Positions 40,939 to 50,000 of a stretch of 64,000 nucleotides of DNA are shown one piece after another. The position numbers and the translations under genes were made by a program. How positions within the stretch are numbered: the first letter of the stretch is position 1; every line of letters begins with the position of its first letter. The notes under the pieces were generated by a model that was given only the letters and a program-made list of their open reading frames with translations, was not told the origin of the DNA and ran no database searches. Source of the DNA: an uncultured Bacilli bacterium (GTDB lineage: Bacteria; Bacillota_I; Bacilli_A; RF39; UBA660); assembly GCA_934098515.1 (NCBI GenBank), contig CAKOOK010000001.1:89076-153075 (forward strand), written 5' to 3'.

Positions 40939-41910
40939 TTATAGGGTGATTATTGTTGTGCCAAAGGCATTTTTGTCTTCGGTTAGTGCATCATAGACGT
41001 CTAGATGTTCATATACAATAACGTATTTAAATAATACTAGAATATTAAATGAGTTGTCAAATGTTTCATCTAGTTCTAGGACAAAGCTTATTCCAGAATT
41101 GATTGATTCATTTATTATTTCTTTATGATTTGTGTATTCTTGATAAGTTACTTGCAAGTTTATTCTATTTCTAATTAAGTCATTATCTAGCATTGATATT
41201 AGTTTTTTATATTTCTTAGGTTTTGTAAAGAATGATTCTGGAAGACTTATAATGTATTTTTGAGTAAAATCATTTTTGATAGCGTCTTTTAGTATTTTTT
41301 CAGAAAGCATTCTAATTAAACAATAGTTTTTGTCTTCGTTAATTGTTCCTTCATTAAAGGCTTTTTCTTTTGCATATTCACTGTAGAGTTTACCGATATC
41401 TATATTGTTTTGAATGATTACTTTGTAGACATTTTTTTTATATCTTTTGTATTTTAGGTCAAACTCTTTGGTTATGAATAATTTATGATATGCTTCTTTT
41501 TTAGTGATTGTTTCTTTAATGAAGTTAGTAAATTCTGATTTGATTTCGGGAGGTGCTAGTACATATTTTTCTTCAAATAAGGCATCTATTAATATATCAA
41601 GATCAGCATATTCACAAGCATCATCAAAGTATAGGACGTATCCGAATAATGCACAGATGTTTTTGATAAGGTCACTGTCAGCGTCTTCTTCTTTCATTAG
41701 TTCTTTTGCGATTAGTTTGAATTCTTTTCCTAGTTTATCTGATAAGTTTTTATCACGGTAAATGCCATTATTGTAGTATCTTATTTCAATGTATTTTGTT
41801 ATGAATATTTTGACGATACTATATTTGTATGATTTACCTAAAAGATATTTAAAGTAAGTAAATAAGCTATTTTCAATATAGTTTATGTATATTTCTATTT
41901 TACTACCCAT
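40939..41910 (-). CDS. Hypothetical cytoplasmic protein
   Basis: 323-aa ORF with no TM segment or signal. It is tightly coupled (9-10 nt gaps) to both neighbours. Confidence 0.5.
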   Translation of the reverse strand: MGSKIEIYINYIENSLFTYFKYLLGKSYKYSIVKIFITKYIEIRYYNNGIYRDKNLSDKLGKEFKLIAKELMKEEDADSDLIKNICALFGYVLYFDDACEYADLDILIDALFEEKYVLAPPEIKSEFTNFIKETITKKEAYHKLFITKEFDLKYKRYKKNVYKVIIQNNIDIGKLYSEYAKEKAFNEGTINEDKNYCLIRMLSEKILKDAIKNDFTQKYIISLPESFFTKPKKYKKLISMLDNDLIRNRINLQVTYQEYTNHKEIINESINSGISFVLELDETFDNSFNILVLFKYVIVYEHLDVYDALTEDKNAFGTTIITL

Positions 41911-41919
41911 TTTTACCTC

Positions 41920-42828
41920 CTATAATGCACTAAAATTAATAATTGGGGTTGTTGTAATTATTGGATATGTGTAATTTTTGCTTGTGTCTTTTTTGTAGAA
42001 TCTTATTGCCATACTACTAACAGCGTCCATGTCAAATGTGATTGAGCTTATGTATGATATTCCATCTACTGTTGTATATTGTTTTTCACTGTTTTTAGTT
42101 ATGTTTGCGGTTGTATCTAGGATTACGATGTTTGGATCAAATGATAAGGTTATGCGGGCACTACTGAAGTTTTTTTTGTCTGCGTCTGATAATGCTAGGT
42201 AGTCTTCTGCGATGATTTCGTCTCCTACGTTATAGCTGCCAAAGGCAGTTCTGGCAAAATATGATTGTCTTGTGTTGGTGATATTAAACATTAGGTAAGG
42301 TTGAAGTTTTTCGTCTTTTATTTCATAGGTTAGTCCTTGGGTGCCTACTTTTATTTTAAAGGTTGCTGATAGTGTTCTTTTGTATGGTGATAAAGATTTT
42401 CCGGTAACTTTAATTGTTACTTCTTCATTTACATTAAATACTCTTTTTGGGGTTATTGTTAGGTTAAAGATTTCACTGTTTTCTTCTTTGTAGATTACTC
42501 CATTTTTGTTTGTTATAGAACAAAGAGTATCTTCTTCACATTCAACATTTAATTCGTACTGGATATCACTGTCACTATAAAGAAGGTTGTTTTTTCTGTT
42601 GTTTAGGTCAAATTCTATATTAAAAGGGTCGGTCCCTGACCAGTTATTTATTTCATATATTTTGCCATCTTTAGTTAGTTTATCACTATTAAAGTAAAAT
42701 TTATTTGTTTCTAGAATGTAGTCTATAACTTTGGAGTAGACGTATCTAGAGAATGTTATTGTAAGGGGTAGTATGATAATAATTAGTAAGCTTAAAAAAA
42801 TAATCTTATGTTTTTTTATAAACTCCAT
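41920..42828 (-). CDS. SipW-signal-type secreted protein (TasA-like, larger, 302 aa)
   Basis: Signal ..IIILPLTITFSRYVYSKV. Beta-rich body. It heads a sub-operon after an internal terminator and promoter. Confidence 0.5.
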   Translation of the reverse strand: MEFIKKHKIIFLSLLIIIILPLTITFSRYVYSKVIDYILETNKFYFNSDKLTKDGKIYEINNWSGTDPFNIEFDLNNRKNNLLYSDSDIQYELNVECEEDTLCSITNKNGVIYKEENSEIFNLTITPKRVFNVNEEVTIKVTGKSLSPYKRTLSATFKIKVGTQGLTYEIKDEKLQPYLMFNITNTRQSYFARTAFGSYNVGDEIIAEDYLALSDADKKNFSSARITLSFDPNIVILDTTANITKNSEKQYTTVDGISYISSITFDMDAVSSMAIRFYKKDTSKNYTYPIITTTPIINFSAL

Positions 42829-42853
42829 ATCTTCACCTACTCTTACTTTTTAC

Positions 42854-42862
42854 ATTATATCA
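42854..42862 (-). promoter_or_regulatory. Extended -10 promoter candidate (TGaTATAAT) for the 41920-37031 sub-operon
   Basis: Minus strand TGTGATATAATG lies 20 nt upstream of RBS TAGGTGAAGATATG. There is no good -35. Confidence 0.35.
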
Positions 42863-42873
42863 CACAAATATAA

Positions 42874-42902
42874 TTAAAAAAAGAGATTATAATTATCTCT
42901 TA
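42874..42902 (-). terminator. Internal terminator/attenuator after the 192-aa TasA-like gene
   Basis: Minus strand AAGAGAU-AAUUAUA-AUCUCUU followed by UUUUUUAAUU. Confidence 0.6.
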
Positions 42903-43478
42903 AACTCTTTGGGTGGCATTTATTTTGATCATGAATGAGTCAATTAGGCCTTGATATTCGTCAGGTTTATCGTTGTATGTTATTGGAAAGTTTACTACTA
43001 ATGTATATTCTTCTGTTTGATTTTCTTCATATGAAAATGAGCCTGCTTCATTAGTGTTTAGTTTGTTAAAGTACATATCACCATCTTGAATGATTTCATT
43101 ACTGGTTATAATGTTGTTAGTGCCTTCCTTATATATTTTGTAGGTTAAGGGAAGATTTGTGGTTGTTACAAACTCAATGTTATAGTCTAGTTTAACGTTG
43201 GTTCTTTTACTGTTTTTAAAGTTGTTTACTGTGAATTTATAGATGTAGTCATTATTTGACGGCTCTAAGTTATCTAGGGATATTGTGTTTTCGTATGTAC
43301 CAACATCAACGATGAAAAATGCTATATTTGCTGCTGCATCTCCTTTAGCAGAAGATGAGTATTTTGAGTATGTTATTTCCATTATGTTGATTATGAAAAC
43401 GACTAAGAGAAATATAGCAATATATTTAAAAAAGAATAAAAATTTAGTTTTATTAATATTTTTGATTATGTTAGTCAT
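42900..43478 (-). CDS. TasA/camelysin-like SipW-dependent secreted protein
   Basis: Signal ..FIINIMEITYSKYSSSAKG. C-terminal YTLVVNFPITYNDKPDEYQGLIDSFMIKINATQRV is the classic camelysin/TasA ending. Confidence 0.7.
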   Translation of the reverse strand: MTNIIKNINKTKFLFFFKYIAIFLLVVFIINIMEITYSKYSSSAKGDAAANIAFFIVDVGTYENTISLDNLEPSNNDYIYKFTVNNFKNSKRTNVKLDYNIEFVTTTNLPLTYKIYKEGTNNIITSNEIIQDGDMYFNKLNTNEAGSFSYEENQTEEYTLVVNFPITYNDKPDEYQGLIDSFMIKINATQRV

Positions 43479-44148
43479 TATTAGTTTTATCCTCTTTATT
43501 TATTTTTTTACTTATGTTTTTTTGGATTTCAGTTAAGTCTAATCTAATGGTGTAGTCTTCTTCTAAGTCATCAATGTTATCTTTAATTTCTTTTATTTGA
43601 CTTTTAGTTATTTCTTCTTTTTTATTATTTAATTTTTTGATGTTTAATTGTTTACTTTTTTTAGGTTCGTAAGAAAACGCTATATCGAAAATCACAAGAG
43701 TTATAAATATTATTACTAAAATTTTAGGGTTAGTAAATACTTCTTTCCATATACCTAGGTTAGGATATATTTTAATTACTTTACCAATGATTGAGCTTGT
43801 TTCTATGGGGGTATCAGCTGTGTTGTTAGCATCGCCTTTTGTTATACATGTGTCATTATTTTTACTTATGATGCGGTGTGTTATATAGTTTTTATCTTTG
43901 GAAAATGTGATGATATCATTTATTTCATATGTATTATTCTTCTTAGTTATGATGATGTCATTTTTACTTATAGCTGGCTCCATACTACCAGTTGCTACTT
44001 CAAATACAGAGTAACCAAATAGTTCAAAATAGTTATTACCATTAATAAGAGTTTTTGCTTTGACAAAGATGATAATTGCGAGAATAATAAATAAAATTAC
44101 TAGTATGGTGTTAGTTATTATTTTAACTATTTTTTTTAGTACTCCCAT
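43471..44148 (-). CDS. sipW: Signal peptidase I, SipW type, paralogue 3
   Basis: VATGSMEPAISKNDII..NDIITF..ITHRI..TKGDANNTAD, a C-terminal TM segment, plus a Lys/Glu-rich tail. Confidence 0.8.
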   Translation of the reverse strand: MGVLKKIVKIITNTILVILFIILAIIIFVKAKTLINGNNYFELFGYSVFEVATGSMEPAISKNDIIITKKNNTYEINDIITFSKDKNYITHRIISKNNDTCITKGDANNTADTPIETSSIIGKVIKIYPNLGIWKEVFTNPKILVIIFITLVIFDIAFSYEPKKSKQLNIKKLNNKKEEITKSQIKEIKDNIDDLEEDYTIRLDLTEIQKNISKKINKEDKTNND

Positions 44149-44164
44149 TTTATCCCTTCTTTTC

Positions 44165-44764
44165 TTATCCTTGGTACTGATTTAGTGTTATGGTAATTGG
44201 TATCTTAAGTTTGTTTGCTTCAATTGTTCCAAGATTTGTATCACTTTCATTAAATTCTTCATTATTTTCCCATATTAAGGTTAATTTTAAAGTGATTGTT
44301 TTATTGCTTTTTATATCATTTAAACTTATAAGTCCTTTAAAAGTATTGCCAATAACTTCTACTTCACCATCTGTGCTTGTGTTTTCGACACTTAACTTTA
44401 TATTGTCTGGATATGCACATTCATCTAGTCTTACATTTATTTCATAACTTATAGCAACGTCTGTTCCACTTGGATCTAGAACTATATCAAAGTAGCCGCT
44501 TTTTCCCGGTGCTATATAACCATTTTCGATGTTTTCATTGCTTTCATCATAAATAATATTGTTTAAGGTAAATGTTTCAGTTATACCATTTGAGATATTT
44601 TTCTCATTTAGTTTTATTGTCCAGCTTCCGGTTTTTACTTCGGCATTACCTGATGAAATAGTCTGTAGTAAAGCATATGACTCGTTTATTATGAGAATAA
44701 GCGCTATAAATGCAAAGAATACTGCAGTTACCCACAATATTTTTTTAGTTTTATTCTTTTTCAT
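44165..44764 (-). CDS. TasA/camelysin-like SipW-dependent secreted protein
   Basis: Signal ..ALILIINESYALLQTISSG. GYIAPGKSGYFDIVL and an ending ..LKLTLIWENNEEFNESDTNLG..KIPITITLNQYQG. Confidence 0.65.
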   Translation of the reverse strand: MKKNKTKKILWVTAVFFAFIALILIINESYALLQTISSGNAEVKTGSWTIKLNEKNISNGITETFTLNNIIYDESNENIENGYIAPGKSGYFDIVLDPSGTDVAISYEINVRLDECAYPDNIKLSVENTSTDGEVEVIGNTFKGLISLNDIKSNKTITLKLTLIWENNEEFNESDTNLGTIEANKLKIPITITLNQYQG

Positions 44765-45362
44765 TTTCTGTTTTTTTCTTTAGTTCTTCTTGACGCATTT
44801 CTTCTTCGATTTCTTTTCTTAGTTTTTCTTTTAAGTCTACTTTAGAGTTCTTTTTTACTTCATTAATTACTGCATATAGTTCATATACTGCAAAGAAGAT
44901 TGTTGGAAGAATAACGAAGAACATAAAGCCCCAACGTGATTCAATAATTGATAAGATTAAACCTGCTTTTTTGTAAACGATAGAACCATTTACGTTACCG
45001 ATGATATCATCATAACTTAGTTTATAATCACCAATATAATATGAGGCTTGGGCACCATTTTCAGAATGTACATCTGTAATTTCGCCAAGATTAATAAAGT
45101 TTACTACTTTTGGATTTCCAGAGTAGAATAAAATTTTATCACCCTTTTTATAATCTTCTTCATTAGCTTTTTTGATTATTACTAATGAATCTTGTTCATA
45201 AACACTTCTTAGCTCTTTATTATTAATAATAAGCAAGCTGTATTTACCAAATTCACTTACTTGATAGTCATTGTATGAAAGTAAGCAAACTGTTGTAAAT
45301 ATTGCGATTATAAGCCATAAAGTAAATAATGTTCCTTTTATAAAATTTAATATGTGTTTCAT
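44751..45362 (-). CDS. SipW-like protein lacking the catalytic Ser motif (probable pseudo-peptidase)
   Basis: Topology and spacing match the three SipW paralogues (N-TM, KKGDKILF, DDIIGNV, C-TM). GSMEP is replaced by NNKELRS, and no (I/V)THR(I/V) motif is present. Confidence 0.55.
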   Translation of the reverse strand: MKHILNFIKGTLFTLWLIIAIFTTVCLLSYNDYQVSEFGKYSLLIINNKELRSVYEQDSLVIIKKANEEDYKKGDKILFYSGNPKVVNFINLGEITDVHSENGAQASYYIGDYKLSYDDIIGNVNGSIVYKKAGLILSIIESRWGFMFFVILPTIFFAVYELYAVINEVKKNSKVDLKEKLRKEIEEEMRQEELKKKTENEKE

Positions 45363-45428
45363 AATTTTCTCCTCTATTTTTCTATTAAAATAATACCATA
45401 ATAATAAAATTATAACAAGAAGTATTTA

Positions 45429-46940
45429 TTATGCGATATTATTTTTTTGTACTTGTACTAAGAATTCTATTTTATTTATATCAAGGTTAAGTTTTTGGAT
45501 ATCATAATATGTTATGATTGTATTTATGTTTTTAATAGTTGTATCAATGTCTTCTTCAAGATCACTTTCAGTGATGTTTATATTTAGTAATGAGTAATGG
45601 TCAGTGATGTTTTGACAGATGTTTTCATTATCAACAATTTTAACATTGGATATAATATTTAGATTGTTTGTGTATAAGTATTTTTTTAGTTTATTAATTA
45701 ATTTTATTAGTTCTTCGATTGTTAGGTTAGTGTATTCTTCTTTGTAGAAATCATAAAAGTATTTGATGTTTATAGATATTAGTTCTAGAGTTTCTTTTAA
45801 GTCGGTATCATCTTTGATGTTGTTATAGATTTGATCTTTTATATTTATTTCTTCTAACTCGTTATATTCTGTATTAAGAGTTTCAAGGATGGTATCAATT
45901 TTTAATGAAAGCTCTCTTTGTTTATCTTCTTTTGGTTTAAAGATGCCTTTTTTATTTAGTTTTTTATTTAATGAGAATAGTTCAGATTCATTTTTAGATA
46001 TTTCTTTTAGCTTATTGTTATAAAGGTTTTGATAGGTATTCTTATCTTTATACAGATTAACAATAGTTTCAAGTATACTTTTATATTCAGTGAACTCTTT
46101 ATATTCTTTTAGATTAAGTAATAGTTTAAGAAGGTTATCATAGTTATGTTCGTTTTCTTTATCGTTTAGATATCTATTAAATAATTTAGTTATGTTTGTT
46201 TCGGTGTAGTCATTAAGTAGTAGTTCATTGTTTAAGAATTTATCTATGATGAATCTTTTATCACTGTGTGTAAGGATATCATATTCTTTTTGCTGTTTGA
46301 TTAGTTTATCAATATAAATGTTTAGATTTTCTTCTTTGTAGGTTTTAGTGTAGTAAGCATCAATTTGTTTTTTGTTATTAAAATAGATACTATAGAAGTT
46401 TAGTCTGATGATAGTTATTATTTCAGGGCAAGCCCAGTATATTTTTTCAAATTCTGTATATAATGTTTTTTCATCAATGTTTTTAGTAAAGACCATTTTC
46501 ATGTATTCTTTAACATATTTGTGATAATTAAAGTCATCTAATGTTAAAGTTAGCCCTACTTCTTTAAATATTTTAATGATTGTTTTGATTGCTATGTTTA
46601 CTTCATTTATATTATTTTTGTAGTAGTATTTTAATTTAAAGAGATTGATGTCTAGCCCCATCTTGTTTAAGGAACTAGCAAGAGGACTAAGACACATTAT
46701 TTTGTTGTAATCTGGTTCTAGGTTTGCTAGTTCGTTTATTTTAGGATTTTGAACTATTTCTAAATATTTAGTTTTTCTTTTAATTATTTCTTCTTTTATG
46801 TATTCTTCTTTTTCTTTGTAGTCGGTAATATTTTTTGCTAAATATTCAGTGTATTTTTTCTTATCAGCTTTTTTAGTGTGGGGTAATATGCTTATATTTT
46901 CTCGTATTTCAGCTATTTCATCATTAATTTTATCAATCAT
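45429..46940 (-). CDS. Hypothetical cytoplasmic Lys/Glu/Asn-rich helical protein (503 aa from ATG 46940; 506 from GTG 46949)
   Basis: Long ORF with no TM segment or signal and strongly helical, coiled-coil composition. Confidence 0.55.
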   Translation of the reverse strand: MIDKINDEIAEIRENISILPHTKKADKKKYTEYLAKNITDYKEKEEYIKEEIIKRKTKYLEIVQNPKINELANLEPDYNKIMCLSPLASSLNKMGLDINLFKLKYYYKNNINEVNIAIKTIIKIFKEVGLTLTLDDFNYHKYVKEYMKMVFTKNIDEKTLYTEFEKIYWACPEIITIIRLNFYSIYFNNKKQIDAYYTKTYKEENLNIYIDKLIKQQKEYDILTHSDKRFIIDKFLNNELLLNDYTETNITKLFNRYLNDKENEHNYDNLLKLLLNLKEYKEFTEYKSILETIVNLYKDKNTYQNLYNNKLKEISKNESELFSLNKKLNKKGIFKPKEDKQRELSLKIDTILETLNTEYNELEEINIKDQIYNNIKDDTDLKETLELISINIKYFYDFYKEEYTNLTIEELIKLINKLKKYLYTNNLNIISNVKIVDNENICQNITDHYSLLNINITESDLEEDIDTTIKNINTIITYYDIQKLNLDINKIEFLVQVQKNNIA

Positions 46941-46941
46941 T

Positions 46942-47052
46942 TTACTCACTCTCTTTCTTTTGCATGTCTTCTAGTTCTTTAATAAACTCGGTTATATGTT
47001 TATAAAGTTGTAGTAGTTCTTTATCCGTTAATTCTTCTAAATTTGTATTCAT
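46942..47052 (-). CDS. Unannotated 36-aa ORF (MNTNLEELTDKELLQLYKHITEFIKELEDMQKKESE)
   Basis: It exactly fills the 111-nt gap. GGAGGA lies directly upstream. The ATG is 8 nt after the giant gene's TAA, and its own TAA is 1 nt before ATG 46940. It is below the ORF-track length cutoff. Confidence 0.4.
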   Translation of the reverse strand: MNTNLEELTDKELLQLYKHITEFIKELEDMQKKESE

Positions 47053-47060
47053 AGTCCTCC

Positions 47061-50000
47061 TTATTTTATTATGATGTATTTTTCAACAGTTCCTATTTTA
47101 GAGTTGTTATCGTATAAGATAAATTCTAGTTTGTATGTTCCATTTAATAGGTTATTCTTTAAATCTAATCTTAGTTTGGTGTTGTCACTTGGATTACTTG
47201 ATACGATGTATTCGTTATCTGAACCATTTTTCTTGATTAGCGTCATGTCTAAATATTCTTGTAGGTCAACTAATTCATAGTTTGTGTCGTAGACTTCGTT
47301 ATAACTTCTTCTATATAGTTTCATGTTTAGGCTTGGATTTTCAAATACAGAGTTGTATTTTATAGTAAATTCTAGAGTGCTATTGCCGTCTATGTTTGTA
47401 CCAGTTTCTTTGTTTATTATTAGGTCTTTATTATCTATTTTGATATCTAGGCCGTATTTTTCATTGATGTAGTTAATTGGGATTTCTAAGGTGTCGGATG
47501 GGTTAAGTCCATAGTAGATACCATCTGGCGAACCATATGAGTCTATTTTTAAGGTATATGAACCTGTTGGTATATTAGAGTTTGCGGTATTAACAGTTAT
47601 CCACGTTTTAACGTTACCTATTTTTTCAGAAATTTTAATTCTGGTAGTTCCATCTAAGTTAGGATAATATTTGTTTCCGTCTATTTCATAGTATAGACCC
47701 ATCATACTTGTACCTGATACAGCATTGCCATTTTCATCGATTAAAGATATTTTAATTCCTAATTTGTAGTCTAATAGCTTTGTATCATTAATAATTGTTG
47801 AACCTGATTTTGATTGCGTATACGCTGTTTCAAGATCTAGTTTGAAGTCTTCTCCACTATAGATTGTGTTTTTAGAGATTGTTCCATCTATATCAATAAT
47901 AGCGTCTTTTCCAGTGTAGATGTCGTAGCTCATTACGTCGTACTGGTTACCTAAAATGCTTATTCTGGTTTCTCCTTGTTTATCTTTAAGTTCTAGGATT
48001 AGGTGATTGTTTAGCATATCTGCTTGGATGTTAGTGTCTTCAAAGTCAAGGATGAAAATAAATTCTTCAGATGAAGTGTTTTTATCAGGATGGTAGTAGT
48101 CAGCACTGTTACTGCCATTATTATAGTAGACGTTACTGTTTAGTGCTCCCATTGTTTCAAATGATGATAGTGGGTATGAGACGTCTCCATGAGATGCTAT
48201 TTCAGCTTCTGCTCTTGTTACATCGTCTTCATTTATTGTGTGATAGTAGTATTCTGGAGTTGTTTTGCTTAGGTCAATCATAGTTATTTTTGTGTGAAGT
48301 GGAAGTACGGATGTTGATACTAATGATCTATTATCACCATCTTTATAAACGTTTTCGCCATCTTTATATAGTGAGAAATAAGCACTAATTGAACTTTTAT
48401 CTGTGATATCTACTGCTGTACTTGGAAAGATTTCGTATTTTCTTCCAGATGTGATTGCTCCTTCGTAGTCGTTGGTGTTATATAAAACTCTGGAAAGATT
48501 TACGTTTATAACGATTCTTTTTGCTTCACTTGTTAAGCCATCGATTCTTCTTATAGCCATGACAACAATGCTTACTTTACCCATTTCATCTGTTGTTCCT
48601 AGATTTTTAGAGTGATATAGGTAAAATGCTAAAGTAGGTACTGAGTTTGAGTTTTCACCGATGTATTTTTTATCTCCTATGATACTAGGTTCCTTGCTAA
48701 GAAGAACGGTTTCTCCTCTATTTATCCATCCGGTTGAACCTGTTTCCATTTTGAGGCTCATGATGTTATCAGCGTCTGCGGTTGTTGCAGCTATTCTTGG
48801 TACATCTTCTCTTTCAACAAGACTGACACCTTCTTTTAGGTTTGAGTAATCAAATCCTAGAATTTCAAAGTTTGTGTTTGGGTCAGCAAAGTCGTAAAAA
48901 CTTACTTCTTTAATACCTAAAGTTGAGTATTTTGATGCACTTAGGTCAATATTGTATTCAACGACAAGTTCACCAATTATCCACATATAAAAGTCAGAGT
49001 TTTCTGGTGTTGGGGTAATATAGTTTGCTTTATTTTTGGATGTTTCTTCATTCATAAAGTTACTGTAGAAGCCATCTTTTGTAATGTCATGGTTTGCTTT
49101 ATGTAATCCTAGGACGTATGATCCTTGTGTTGGCATGTCACCCCAATTAAGGTCATCCCCATTTTGGATTGATTTTTTGTAGATTCCAGCATTGACGTGT
49201 CCACTTGAGTTATATGTGTATAAACCAAAGAAAGTCATACCGTTTACTTCTCCATAATCGGTTGCAGTTTCATCTATTGTTTCACCTTTAGCAATGTTGA
49301 TGGCTTTTACACCTTCAAGAGCATATATACGATTATCAACGTTTCTTGTGTAAGAACCTGTTTCTTCATCAATAACAACTTCAGCTAGGGTGCTATCATC
49401 AACCAAACTATTGAATTCTTGTAGTAGATTTGTTCCACTTTCTAAGTATAATGATGAGTTATTTTTTAAATTTAGTTTGCCAATTATTGATAAGGTAAAT
49501 AGTGTATCTGAGTATTCGTTTGTTCTGTCGGTAGCTCCAATTAGGATCATTCCGGAGTTATTGATATTTAGTATATCAGTTCTCTGGATAGATGTTATTT
49601 TTTTAGGGTTTTCGTCAGAACCAAATTTTGTTATGTTAATTTTACTTGTTCCAGATGAACTTGAAGCATTTCCACTACCAAATATTGAACCTTTAATATT
49701 AATATCAGAAAAATCAGTTGCATCAAGATTGACAGTAATGGATTTAGTAACACTAATAAATGAGTAGTCATATGTGTCTGAACCACTTGCGTTAGCTTCT
49801 CCTCCACCAAAGATAGTGCCATCTAGCGTGATAGGTGCTTTTACTGTGCTTTCACTTACTGCACTGTTAGCTACGTTAACAATTGCATCGCCTTTTACTA
49901 CGGATGTATTTGCTCCTCCATAGACGTTGCCGTAAATATGTCCACCTGCTAAGTTTACTGTTGATTTTGATGTTCCATCTTTACCAGTTGCAGCAGCATT

